Source of the DNA: Embleya hyalina
GTDB lineage: Bacteria; Actinomycetota; Actinomycetes; Streptomycetales; Streptomycetaceae
Length of the DNA: 64,000 nt
Reading direction: 5' to 3'
Assembly (NCBI RefSeq): GCF_003967355.1
Contig: NZ_BIFH01000051.1
Coordinates: forward strand, 42,337-106,336
The position numbers and the translations under genes were made by a program. Positions 42,173 through 52,223 of this stretch are shown piece by piece (the stretch's first letter is position 1; the number at the start of each line of letters is the position of its first letter). The notes below the pieces were generated by a model. It did no database searches and had not been told where the DNA came from. It worked only from the letters and a program-made list of their open reading frames with translations.

Positions 42173-42523
42173 ATGCTCGCTGTGCGATCGATCAACGAAG
42201 CCGACGAGAGCCGCGACATACCGCACGGTCACCTGGACGTGGTCAGTCTGGAAGGCGTCGATTTCGGCGTCGCCCGATTCGAACCGGGCTGGCGCTGGTC
42301 GACGGACGTCGGGCCCATCGCCGGGACCGACAGTTGCCAGTTCCACCACAATGGTTACGTCGCCCAGGGACACATGCACATCCGCATGGACGACGGTGAG
42401 GAGAAGGACCTGAAGGCGGGCGACGTCTTCGTCTGCGACCCGGGCCACGACGCGTGGGTCGTCGGCGACGAGACCGCGCTGGTCTTCGACTTCGCCGGCA
42501 ACATCCACGACTACGCCAAGTAG
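42173..42523 (+). CDS. Cupin-domain protein, 116 aa
   Basis: Cupin motifs (…HHNGYVAQGHMHI… / …GDVFVCDPGHDAW…). Confidence 0.6.
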   Translation: MLAVRSINEADESRDIPHGHLDVVSLEGVDFGVARFEPGWRWSTDVGPIAGTDSCQFHHNGYVAQGHMHIRMDDGEEKDLKAGDVFVCDPGHDAWVVGDETALVFDFAGNIHDYAK

Positions 42524-42619
42524 TCGCGACCGAGCGGCGATCCGGGCACCCGCGCCCGGACGGCGGTGACCCGCACGCCGGATTCGGTCGGTGCTCGGGG
42601 CGACCCTAGGCTTTGCGCC

Positions 42620-43222
42620 ATGAGCCGTCTCGTACTCGCCACGCGCAACGCCAACAAGGTCGTCGAACTCCAGCAGATCCTCGCGGGCGTCGGACTCGAC
42701 GTCGAACTCGTGGGGATGGACGCCTATCCCGATGTGCCCGACGTGCCCGAGACGGGGCTCACCTTCGCGGCCAACGCGCTGCTGAAGGCGCACGCCATCG
42801 CGCGGGCCACCGGACTCCCGGCGATCGCCGACGACTCGGGCCTGTGCGTGGCCGCGCTCAACGGGATGCCCGGGATCTTCTCCGCCCGCTGGGCCGGCAC
42901 ACACGGCGACGACACGGCCAACCTGCGGCTGCTGCTCGCCCAACTGTCCGACATCGCCGACGAACACCGCGCGGCGTGGTTCGCGTGCGCGGCGGCGCTC
43001 GCGCTGCCCGACGGCACCGAGCGGGTGGTCGAGGGCCGGTTCGAGGGCACGCTGACCCGCGAGCCGCGCGGCACCGGCGGCTTCGGCTACGACCCGATCC
43101 TGCGAGTGGCCGGTGACACCCGCACCGCCGCCGAGTTGACCGCCGCCGAGAAGAACGCGATCAGCCACCGGGGGAAGGCGTTTCGCGCGCTGGCCCCGAT
43201 CGTGTCCGAGCTGATCGGCTGA
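42620..43222 (+). CDS. rdgB: Non-canonical purine NTP pyrophosphatase RdgB/HAM1
   Basis: …LVLATRNANKVVELQQIL… …FGYDPIL… The rph-rdgB pairing is conserved. Confidence 0.9.
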   Translation: MSRLVLATRNANKVVELQQILAGVGLDVELVGMDAYPDVPDVPETGLTFAANALLKAHAIARATGLPAIADDSGLCVAALNGMPGIFSARWAGTHGDDTANLRLLLAQLSDIADEHRAAWFACAAALALPDGTERVVEGRFEGTLTREPRGTGGFGYDPILRVAGDTRTAAELTAAEKNAISHRGKAFRALAPIVSELIG

Positions 43223-43328
43223 CCACCCCGCCCGGCCGCCCGTTCCTGCCGGGATTCGGCAGGGTTGGTAGCGTCTTCGTGCCGGGTTTCCGGCAGCGAA
43301 GCGGGGCTACGGGGTACGGGGGCAAGGC

Positions 43329-44438
43329 GTGAAGAGCCACGACGGGATACCCGCCGAGTTCCTGCGCGACTGGGCCGAACTGCTCGGCGAGATCTCGACC
43401 ACCGGGCGCCTGTTGCGGCGCGCCGAGCTGGACGTGCTGGCCGACCTCGGCGAGCGGGCCGCGGAGGCCGGACACCACTGGCGCGCGCTGGTCGACCTGT
43501 ACCTGCGCGAGACCCGCCGCGTGTGGACCACCCTGCCGGGCGTCGCCCGCGCGGGAAGCGTCGGTGAGGCGGCTCGCGCGGGCGAGGCGGTGCTGACCGC
43601 CTCCGAGGCGGCGATCACCGCGCTGGGCGCCGGCCACGAGCGGGCCCAGCGGTTGGCGGTCCGCCAGGCGGAGGCCGCCCGTCGCGAGTTCATCGACGAC
43701 CTGCTGTACGGCCGCAGCGACCCGGGCCGGCTCGCCGAGCGTGCCGAGCGGTTCGGGCTGCGGCTGGCCCGCGCGCACGTGGTCGCGGTGGCCGTGGGCG
43801 CGGTGGCGTACGACGAGGCGCACCCGCTGGCCCGCCGGGTCGAGCGCGAGCTGATCGGCCGATTCGGCGAACGCGACGTGCTGCTGACCACCAAGGGCGG
43901 CCGGCTGGTGTGCGTCGCGCCGGACGACGAGCGGCCGGTGCTCGCCGCCTTCGCCGAGTACGCGACCCGGGCGGGCGGCGGGCGGGAGAGCGCCGACCGG
44001 GTCGCCCTGGGCCGATCGCACCCGGGCGCGGGCGGCGTCGTGCTGTCCTACGAGGAGGCGCTGGGCGCGCTCGACCTGGCCGAGCGGCTGGACCTGCCGG
44101 GCTCCGTGCTCGACGCGGCCGATCTGCTGGTCTTCCCGGTACTGCTGCGCGATCGGGCGGCGATGGCCGATCTGGTCCGCACCGCGCTCGGGCCGCTGGT
44201 GCACGCGCGCGGTGGCGCGGCCCCGCTCCTGGAGACGATCGCGGCGTGCGCGGCGGCGGGCTACGTCAACGCCGAGGCCGCCCGTCGGTTGCGGATCAGC
44301 GTACGCACGCTCTCCTATCGGCTGGAGCGGATCCGGACGCTGACCGGATACGACCCGGCCGACGCGTTGCAGCGCTACACCCTGGAGACCGCAGCGCTCG
44401 GTGCCCGCGTCCTGGGCTGGCCGAGTAACCCCCTTTAG
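43329..44438 (+). CDS. PucR-family transcriptional regulator, 369 aa
   Basis: C-terminal PucR-type HTH (…AARRLRISVRTLSYRLERIRTLTGYDP…). Confidence 0.75.
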   Translation: MKSHDGIPAEFLRDWAELLGEISTTGRLLRRAELDVLADLGERAAEAGHHWRALVDLYLRETRRVWTTLPGVARAGSVGEAARAGEAVLTASEAAITALGAGHERAQRLAVRQAEAARREFIDDLLYGRSDPGRLAERAERFGLRLARAHVVAVAVGAVAYDEAHPLARRVERELIGRFGERDVLLTTKGGRLVCVAPDDERPVLAAFAEYATRAGGGRESADRVALGRSHPGAGGVVLSYEEALGALDLAERLDLPGSVLDAADLLVFPVLLRDRAAMADLVRTALGPLVHARGGAAPLLETIAACAAAGYVNAEAARRLRISVRTLSYRLERIRTLTGYDPADALQRYTLETAALGARVLGWPSNPL

Positions 44439-44565
44439 CCGGGTTGTCCCCCGGGTCGCGGATCGGACGTCAAGGAGCGGCCAACACTGCCGGCTTCCGG
44501 CAATGCGCGCGCGTCCGCGGCGATGTCACCATGACGGCGCACGACGGGCCGAGGGGGGTGGGACG

Positions 44566-45210
44566 GTGGGGGATTTCGTGCGGGCGGCACTGGCGTTTCC
44601 CGCCGTTCTGTTCAGCTTCGCGCTCGTCGTGGTGGCGGCCTATTGGTTGCTGGTGTTGATCGGCGGTGTCGCCGTGGGCCATGGGGGCCCCGGGGGCGGC
44701 CATCATGACGGGCCCTGGGCCCACGGGGGTCATGATGGTCACGGGGGCCATGGGGATCACGGCCCGGGCGACACCGCCGGTGTCCCGGTCACGGTCACGA
44801 TCTCGTTCGCGATCGCCGTGACCTGGTTCTGCTGCCTGGTCGGTACCGCGCTGACCGAGCGGTGGTGGCTGCGCGCCGCGGCGCTCCCCGCGGCGCTCGG
44901 TGCCGGATGGTTCGCCGCGCGCCTCGCGCGGGCGCTGGGCCGCCGCTTTCTGAAGGCCGAACGCCCCTCCCTGCGGGCCGACTTCGTCGGTCGTACCTGC
45001 CTGATCCGGACCGGTCGGGTGGGCCACGACTTCGGTCAGGCCGAGGTCCGGGCCGAGGACGGCTCGACCGCGCTCCTCCAGGTCCGCACCGACGAGAGCG
45101 GGCTGGTCTCCGGCAGCACCGCGTTGATCTTCGACTACGACGTCGCCGGCGAGTTCTTCCGGGTCACCCGCTTCGACAGCGCGCTGGACCCGGATCGCGT
45201 CACCGGCTGA
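44566..45210 (+). CDS. NfeD/YqiJ-like membrane protein with a His/Gly-rich segment, about 214 aa
   Basis: Two TM helices and a C-terminal NfeD-type beta-barrel (…RTGRVGHDFGQAEVRAEDGSTALLQVRT…). It lies immediately upstream of the flotillin gene. Confidence 0.65.
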   Translation: MGDFVRAALAFPAVLFSFALVVVAAYWLLVLIGGVAVGHGGPGGGHHDGPWAHGGHDGHGGHGDHGPGDTAGVPVTVTISFAIAVTWFCCLVGTALTERWWLRAAALPAALGAGWFAARLARALGRRFLKAERPSLRADFVGRTCLIRTGRVGHDFGQAEVRAEDGSTALLQVRTDESGLVSGSTALIFDYDVAGEFFRVTRFDSALDPDRVTG

Positions 45211-45357
45211 CTCTCCTTCGTGCTCCCGGCCGCCCCGAGCCGGTCCACGAGCACCCGCCCGACTTCCGTTCCGCCCGCCCTGCCTCCTGCCCGTCCGCCG
45301 CCGCGCGCCGTTGCCCGTGCGGTCACCAACGTCCCGTTCGACCAAGGGATTTCACTG

Positions 45358-47388
45358 ATGGATGCCATCACCGTGGGCATCGGCGTGCTCGTCGCCGTCG
45401 TCCTGCTCGTCGTGCTCGTCGTCTTCCTCGCCGTGACCCGGCTCTACCGCAAGGTCTCGCAGGGCCAGGCCCTGATCATCTCCAAGGCCAACACGGTCGA
45501 CGTCACCTTCACCGGCGCCGTGGTGCTGCCGGTGCTGCACCGGGCCGAGACCATGGACATCTCGGTGAAGACCATCGAGATCCGCCGGACCGGGCGCGAG
45601 GGGCTGATCTGCCGGGACAACATCCGGGCGGACATCCACATCTACTTCTTCGTCCGGGTCAACAAGACCGTCGAGGACGTGATCAAGGTGGCCCAGGCGA
45701 TCGGCGCGGACCGGGCCAGCGACCGGGCGGCGATCCAGGACTTCTTCGCGGCCAAGTTCGCCGAGGCGCTCAAGACGGTCGGCAAACAACTCGACTTCGT
45801 CGACCTGTACACCAAGCGCGAGGAGTTCCGGGACCGGATCCTCGCGGTGATCGGCACCGACCTCAACGGCTACCACCTCGACGACGCCGCGATCGACTTC
45901 CTCGAACAGACCCCGATGAGCCAGCTCGACGCCGCGAACATCCTGGACGCCCAGGGCATTCGCAAGATCACCGAGCTGACCACCATCGAGCACGTGCGCA
46001 CCAACGAGTACCAGCGCACCGAGGAAAAGGAGATGACCCGGCAAAACGTCGAGGCCCGCGAGACGGTGCTCGAACTGGAGCGCCGCCAGGCCGACGCGGA
46101 GATCAAGCAGCGCCGCGAGATCGAGATCAGCCGTGCCCGCGAGGAGGCGGAGACCTCCCGGGTGCAGGCCGAGGAGCGGCTGCGCGCGCAGTCGGCGCAC
46201 ATGAAGACCGAGGAGGCGCTCGGGATCCAGAACGAGAACCGGGAGCGCGAGGTCGCCGTCGCGCAGAAGAACCGCGAGCGGGTGATCGCGGTGGAGAACG
46301 AGCGGATCGAGAAGGACCGCCTCCTGGAGGTGATCGCCCGCGAGCGGGAGACCCAATTGCGCCGGATCGCCGGTGACAAGGAGGTCGAGGCGGAGAAGCG
46401 GGACATCGCCGAGGTGATCCGCGAGCGGATCGCGGTCGAGCGCACGGTGGCCGCGCAGGAGGAGGAGATCAAGAAGCTGCGGATGGTCGAGGAGGCCGAA
46501 CGCGAGCGGCAGGCGCAGATCATCCACGCCGAGGCCGAGGCCCAGGGACGGCTGGTCAAGGACATCAAGGCGGCCGAGGCCGCCGAGCAGTCGGCCGGCC
46601 ACCGCGCGGCCGAGCAGCTCACCATGGCCGAGGCCCGGCGCAAGTCGGCCGAACTGGACACCCAGGCCGCGATCCGCGCCGCCGAGGGCAAGCGGGCCGA
46701 GGCCGCCGCCGTGGGTCTGGCCGAGGCCGAGGTGACCGAGCGGATGGCCGACGCGGTGTCCAAGCGGGGTCTGGCCGAGGCCGCGGTGACCCGCGAGAAG
46801 GCGCTGGCGAGCGCCGACGGGCTGCGCGAGCGGCTGAAGGGCGAGGCCGAGGGCCTGACCGAGAAGGCCGCCGCGATGGCCGCGCTCGACGAGTCCAGCC
46901 GGATACACGAGGAGTACCGACTGCGCCTGGAGGCGGAGAAGGAGATCCGGCTCGCCGGCCTGGAGGTGAACCGGCAGATCGCCGAGGCACAGGCCACCGT
47001 GCTGGCCACCGGCCTGGAGAACGCCAAGATCGACATCGTCGGCGGGGACAGCGTGTTCTTCGACCGGATCATGGGCGCGATGGCCGCCGGGAAGAGTGTG
47101 GACGCCTTCGTCGACCGCTCCGACACCGTGCGCACGATGGCCGCCTCCTGGCTGGACCCGAACGGCTCGACGTTCGTCGACGACCTCGGCGCACTGGCCG
47201 CGGGCCTGGGCTCGGGCGGCGTGCGCGACCTGACCCTCGCGGGCGCGCTCGGCGCGCTGATCGCCGGCGGCGGACCGCAGTCGGCCACCCTCCAGGGCCT
47301 GCTGGACGCGGTCCGGGCCGGCGGGCTGGGCGACACCCGGCTCGCCGACCTGACCGCCCCGGCCCGGCTCAACGGCCTGGCCAAGTAG
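45358..47388 (+). CDS. Flotillin-family SPFH/band-7 protein (FloT/YqiK-like), 676 aa
   Basis: N-terminal TM segment, SPFH domain, and a long EA-rich coiled-coil flotillin repeat region. Confidence 0.9.
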   Translation: MDAITVGIGVLVAVVLLVVLVVFLAVTRLYRKVSQGQALIISKANTVDVTFTGAVVLPVLHRAETMDISVKTIEIRRTGREGLICRDNIRADIHIYFFVRVNKTVEDVIKVAQAIGADRASDRAAIQDFFAAKFAEALKTVGKQLDFVDLYTKREEFRDRILAVIGTDLNGYHLDDAAIDFLEQTPMSQLDAANILDAQGIRKITELTTIEHVRTNEYQRTEEKEMTRQNVEARETVLELERRQADAEIKQRREIEISRAREEAETSRVQAEERLRAQSAHMKTEEALGIQNENREREVAVAQKNRERVIAVENERIEKDRLLEVIARERETQLRRIAGDKEVEAEKRDIAEVIRERIAVERTVAAQEEEIKKLRMVEEAERERQAQIIHAEAEAQGRLVKDIKAAEAAEQSAGHRAAEQLTMAEARRKSAELDTQAAIRAAEGKRAEAAAVGLAEAEVTERMADAVSKRGLAEAAVTREKALASADGLRERLKGEAEGLTEKAAAMAALDESSRIHEEYRLRLEAEKEIRLAGLEVNRQIAEAQATVLATGLENAKIDIVGGDSVFFDRIMGAMAAGKSVDAFVDRSDTVRTMAASWLDPNGSTFVDDLGALAAGLGSGGVRDLTLAGALGALIAGGGPQSATLQGLLDAVRAGGLGDTRLADLTAPARLNGLAK

Positions 47389-47405
47389 CGGGCCGCGCGA
47401 TCACC

Positions 47406-50400
47406 GTGCCGTACGAGGGAGTTGACCCGAACGTGAGCGGCCAGACGGGCGGCCCGGAGGCCGAGCCCGGGACCTACGAGGTGCTGCGCGGGCGACTGCT
47501 CGTCGCGGCCCGCGAACTGGGCACGCGGGCCCGGGAGTTGAACGAGCGCCGGGTGCGCACCTACGGCGGCGGCGCGCCGGCGCTGACCGCCACCCACCGG
47601 CTGTACACCGAACGGGCCGTGGTGGCCCGGGACATCGTCCAGGTCGGCGGCCTGCTCCTGGCCGGCTGGAACACCGGCGGCGGGCCCGGCGAGGAGGTGG
47701 GGCCCGCCGACGTGTTCGCGCTGTACCGGCGCACCCCGGAGGGCTTCGTGCCGGCCCCGACCGACGCCGTCCCGGGCCTGCTCGACGACGCCCGGTTCCG
47801 GCAGGACTTCACCGCGCTGTACCGCTACTTCCGGGACACCCGACTGCTGCGGCTGCGCGACACCGGGACGCACCTGCTCGCGGTCTTCCGGGTCGGCGAA
47901 CGCCTCACCGACATCCGGGTGTTGCGCTGGCGCCTGGCCCCCGACGGCACCCCCGCCTACCTCGACGCACAGGGCGAGCGCGAGCACGTCATCCCGGACG
48001 CGTACGACTTCCCCTGGACCGAGAGCACCCGCGCCGACCACGTACCGGGCCGGCACCCGCACATCGCGATCGCCGACACGCTGTATCTGGCCACGTCGGG
48101 CGGCCGGCTCGTGGTCAAGGTCGAGAACGACACCGAGACCGCCGAGGGGGTCTACGCGGAACCCGTCGACGACCCGCTCCAGTCGCTGGCCGACGCCGAG
48201 GTCGCGCACGCCCGGGTCGGACCGCTGTTGCTGGTCCGGGTGCGCCCGTACAACGAGAGCGAGCCGCGCCACCTGGTGTACAACACGCGCACCGCCGAGG
48301 TGCGCCGCCTCGACGGCATCGCGGCGGCCTGCCGGCGCCTGCCCGACGACCAGGGCATCGTCTTCCCCGGCGGCTATCACCCGAGCACCGGCGGCGCGCG
48401 CACCTTCGACATCGACACCACCGACGCGGAGTTCGAGGCGACGGTGCGCTCGCCCAACGGCGAGGACGTGCTGTACGTGTTCCATGCCCGGGCCGAGGGC
48501 CGCATCACGCTGCTGTCCTACAACGTGATCCGGGAGGAGGCCGCCGCGCCGATCGTCGGGCACGGCCGGGCGTTCTTCGCGGACGGCACGATGGCGATCC
48601 TGCGGGTGGTCGACGCCGAACCCACCCGGACGCACACCGTCCAGGTGTGGGACACGCCGTACACCTCGGACGCGTACGCCGCGGCGCGCCCGCCCGGTAC
48701 CGGCCCCCTGGCCCGGATCGGCAACCCGGAACTGGTCCGCGGCATCGCCGACGCCCTCGCGATCACCGCGATGGCCGAGGAGACCGCGCCCACGACCGCC
48801 GTCTTCACCGCGATCACCGCCGCCGCGGCCCGGGTCGAGGACACCCACCACTGGCTCGGCGACGCCGAACTCGGGTCCCTCGCCGAACCGTTGGCCACCG
48901 TGCGCGGCGCCGCTGCGGATGTCGTCGAGGAGTTCCGCCGGGTCCTGGACCTGCGCCGGATCGCCGCCGACGCGCTCGCCGAGGCGGTCGCGAGCACCAC
49001 CGCGCTGACCCGGCGGGTACGCGGCGAGGTGCCGGACAGCGCCACCGCCTGTGTCCGGCAGCTCGGCGAACTCCGGTACGCCCAGGGCCGGTTGGCGAGC
49101 CTGCGAGACCTCCGCCACGTGGACGCGGACGCGCTCGCCGAGGCGGATGCCGTGCTGGTCGCGGCACTGGCCGAGGCGGGCCGGCGGGCGGTGGCGTTCC
49201 TCGCCGACGACGACGCCTTCGTGGCCACCCACCGGATCGTCGACGAGTTGACCGCCGAGGCCGCCGCGTCGACCACCGTGGCCGAGGCGGGCGCGCTGAC
49301 CGCCCGGATCGACGAACAGGCCGACGGGCTGCGCGTGGTCACCGAGGTGATCGGCACCCTCGACGGCACCGACGCCGGCGTGCGCACCACGATCCTGACC
49401 CGGATCGGCGAGGTCCTGGGCGGGGTCAACCGGGCTCGCGCGACCCTGGACGCGCGCCGCCGCGACCTGCTCGACGCCGAGCAGCGCGCCGAGTTCGCCG
49501 CCGAGATGGCGCTGTTGGAGCAGACCGTGGTCGGCGCGCTGGCCGCCGCCGAGACGCCCGAGGAGTGCGACGAGCACCTGGCCCGGTTGCTGGCCCGGAT
49601 CGAGGACCTGGAGGCCGGGTTCGGCGCGCTCGACGAGCACCTGGCCCGGATCGGCGCCGAACGCGAGCGTGTCCACGACGCGTTCTCGGCCCGCAAGCAG
49701 GCCCGACTCGACGAGCGGGCCCGGCACGGCCGCCGCCTCGCCGACTCCGCACAGCGCGTCCTCACCACCATCGCCCGCCGGATCACCACCCTCGCGAGCA
49801 TCGACGAGATCAACACCTGGTTCGCCTCCGACGCCCTGGTCGGCAAGGTCCGCTCGACCGCCGGGGAACTGCGCCGCCTCGGCGACCCGGTTCGCGCCGG
49901 CGAGTTGGAGGGCCGGCTCACCGCGGCCCGCCAGGAGGCCGTCCGGGCCCTGCGCGACCGGGCCGAACTGTACGACGCGGCGGGCACCGTACGGCTCGGC
50001 CGGCACCGGTTCGCGGTGCACGACCGCCCGATCGAGTTGACCCTGGTCCCACACGGGGACACCCTCGCGTTCGCGATCACCGGCACCGACTACCGCGAGG
50101 TGGTGCGCGAGCCGCTGCCCGCCGCCCATCGGGTCTTCCACGACCAGCCGCTGGGCTCCGAGTCGCCACAGGTCTACCGGGCCGAATACCTCGCGGCGGT
50201 GGTGCTCGCGGAGACCGAGGGCCGTGCGATCGACGCGCTGCCGGCCGAGGAACTGCTCGCCGAGGTACGGCGGATCGCGCTGTCCCGCCCCGGCGAGGGC
50301 TACGACCGGGGGGTGCACGACCGGGACGCGGCGGCGCTGCTCGCGGCCGTACTGCGCCTGCGGGCCGGCGCCGGGCTGCTGCGGTTCGCGCCGGAGGTAC

Positions 50401-52223
50401 GGGCGGCGGCCCAGCTGTACTGGGCGCACGGCGTCGCCGCCGACGCCCGGCAACCCTGGACGACCCGGGCCCGGTCGCTCGGCCGGGCCAGGGACGCCTT
50501 CGGCCCGATCCCCGCCGTCGCCGACCTGGCCGCCGAACTCGGCGAGCGGGCAAGCGGGTTCCTGACCGAGGCGCTGGCCCCGCCGACCGCGTCGAGCACC
50601 GCGATCGGCGCCTACCTGTTCGAGGAACTCGCCGCCGGCGGACCGCGCTTCGCCACCGGCGCGGTCGCCCGCACGCTCCTGACCGGCTTCCGCGCCTCGC
50701 TCGGCGGCGACGACGCCGCCGCGGCCAAGGACTTCGCCGAGGACCTGCGGGCCCTCGACGGCGACCTGGCCGCGCGGCATCAGCTCGTCGGCGCCTGGCT
50801 CGGCGCCTACGCCGCACGCCTCGACACCGCCCCGCCCCCGGAGTTGGCCGAGGCGATCGCCGTCGAGGTGTGCGGGGCGGCGCTGGAGCGACACCACGTC
50901 GACGCCCCGATCGGCACCACCGTCACCGGCCTGCTCGGCGCCCACCCGCGGGTGGCGAACGGCGGCACGCTTGACCTGCGCCTGGACGAATTCCTGGTGC
51001 GCACCGACGAGTTCCGCCGCACCCGGGTGCCCGCGTACCGGGCGTACCAGCGCCGGCGCGCGGAACTGCTCGCCGCCGCCCGCGAGCGGCTGCGGCTCGA
51101 CGCGCACACCCCCCGGGTGATGTCGGCGTTCGTCCGCAACCGGCTGATCGACGAGGTCTACCTGCCGCTGATCGGCGACAACCTGGCCAAACAGCTGGGC
51201 GCCGCGGGGCCGGAGCGGCGCACCGACAGCCAGGGGCTGCTGCTCCTGCTGTCCCCGCCCGGCTACGGCAAGACCACGCTGATGGAATACGTCGCCGCCC
51301 GACTGGGCCTGCTGTTCGTCCGGATCGACGGCCCCGCGCTCGGCGCGCGCACCACGTCCCTGGACCCGGCCGCCGCGCCGGACGCCGCCGCGCGGCGCGA
51401 GGTGGAGAAGATCGGGTTCGCCCTGGAACTGGGCGCCAACGTGCTGCTGCACGTGGACGACATCCAGCACGTCTCGCCCGAACTGCTGCAGAAATTCGTC
51501 TCGTTGTGCGACGCGCAGCGGCGGATCGAGGGTGTGCGCGACGGCGAGTCGCGCAGCTACGACCTGCGCGGGAAACGTTTCGCGGTGTGCATGGCCGGCA
51601 ACCCGTACACCGAGTCCGGTGCGCGTTTTCGGATCCCGGACATGCTCGCCAACCGGGCCGACGTGTGGAACCTGGGCGATGTGCTCGGCGGGCGCGAGGA
51701 GTTGTTCGCGCTCAGCCACATCGAGAACGCGCTGACCGCCAACCCGGTCCTGGCCCCGCTCGCCGGGCGCGACCGGGCCGATCTGGACCTGCTGATCCGG
51801 CTGGCCCGCGGCGACGGCACCGCGCGCCCGGATCGGCTCGCGCACCCGTACGACGCGACCGAACTGGAGCGCGTCCTGGCCGTGTTGCGCCGACTGCTGC
51901 ACGTGGTGGAGACGGTGCTCGCGGCGAACCGGGCCTACATCGCCTCGGCCGCGCAATCCGAGGCCGCGCGCACCGAACCGCCGTTCCGGCTGCAGGGCTC
52001 GTATCGGGACACCAACAAGCTGGCCGAGCGCATCCTGCCGGTGCTGGACGAGGTCGAGGTGGAGCGGCTGTTGGACGACCACTACGCGGCGGAGGCCCAG
52101 ACGCTGACCACCGACGCGGAGGCGAACCTGCTCAAGCTCGCCGAACTGCGCGGCCGGTCGACCCCCGAGCAGCGGGCGCGGTGGGCGGAGGTGAAGCGGG
52201 CCTACCCGGCGGCGCGCGGCTGA
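47406..52223 (+). CDS. Giant (1605 aa) protein with C-terminal MoxR/AAA_5-like ATPase module; N-terminal approx. 1200 aa of unknown function
   Basis: Walker A LLLLSPPGYGKTTLMEYVAARLGL, Walker B VLLHVDDIQHVSPE, sensor region GNPYTESGARFRIPDMLANR. GC3-biased over its full length. The gene begins 18 nt after the flotillin stop. Confidence 0.8.
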   Translation: MPYEGVDPNVSGQTGGPEAEPGTYEVLRGRLLVAARELGTRARELNERRVRTYGGGAPALTATHRLYTERAVVARDIVQVGGLLLAGWNTGGGPGEEVGPADVFALYRRTPEGFVPAPTDAVPGLLDDARFRQDFTALYRYFRDTRLLRLRDTGTHLLAVFRVGERLTDIRVLRWRLAPDGTPAYLDAQGEREHVIPDAYDFPWTESTRADHVPGRHPHIAIADTLYLATSGGRLVVKVENDTETAEGVYAEPVDDPLQSLADAEVAHARVGPLLLVRVRPYNESEPRHLVYNTRTAEVRRLDGIAAACRRLPDDQGIVFPGGYHPSTGGARTFDIDTTDAEFEATVRSPNGEDVLYVFHARAEGRITLLSYNVIREEAAAPIVGHGRAFFADGTMAILRVVDAEPTRTHTVQVWDTPYTSDAYAAARPPGTGPLARIGNPELVRGIADALAITAMAEETAPTTAVFTAITAAAARVEDTHHWLGDAELGSLAEPLATVRGAAADVVEEFRRVLDLRRIAADALAEAVASTTALTRRVRGEVPDSATACVRQLGELRYAQGRLASLRDLRHVDADALAEADAVLVAALAEAGRRAVAFLADDDAFVATHRIVDELTAEAAASTTVAEAGALTARIDEQADGLRVVTEVIGTLDGTDAGVRTTILTRIGEVLGGVNRARATLDARRRDLLDAEQRAEFAAEMALLEQTVVGALAAAETPEECDEHLARLLARIEDLEAGFGALDEHLARIGAERERVHDAFSARKQARLDERARHGRRLADSAQRVLTTIARRITTLASIDEINTWFASDALVGKVRSTAGELRRLGDPVRAGELEGRLTAARQEAVRALRDRAELYDAAGTVRLGRHRFAVHDRPIELTLVPHGDTLAFAITGTDYREVVREPLPAAHRVFHDQPLGSESPQVYRAEYLAAVVLAETEGRAIDALPAEELLAEVRRIALSRPGEGYDRGVHDRDAAALLAAVLRLRAGAGLLRFAPEVRAAAQLYWAHGVAADARQPWTTRARSLGRARDAFGPIPAVADLAAELGERASGFLTEALAPPTASSTAIGAYLFEELAAGGPRFATGAVARTLLTGFRASLGGDDAAAAKDFAEDLRALDGDLAARHQLVGAWLGAYAARLDTAPPPELAEAIAVEVCGAALERHHVDAPIGTTVTGLLGAHPRVANGGTLDLRLDEFLVRTDEFRRTRVPAYRAYQRRRAELLAAARERLRLDAHTPRVMSAFVRNRLIDEVYLPLIGDNLAKQLGAAGPERRTDSQGLLLLLSPPGYGKTTLMEYVAARLGLLFVRIDGPALGARTTSLDPAAAPDAAARREVEKIGFALELGANVLLHVDDIQHVSPELLQKFVSLCDAQRRIEGVRDGESRSYDLRGKRFAVCMAGNPYTESGARFRIPDMLANRADVWNLGDVLGGREELFALSHIENALTANPVLAPLAGRDRADLDLLIRLARGDGTARPDRLAHPYDATELERVLAVLRRLLHVVETVLAANRAYIASAAQSEAARTEPPFRLQGSYRDTNKLAERILPVLDEVEVERLLDDHYAAEAQTLTTDAEANLLKLAELRGRSTPEQRARWAEVKRAYPAARG

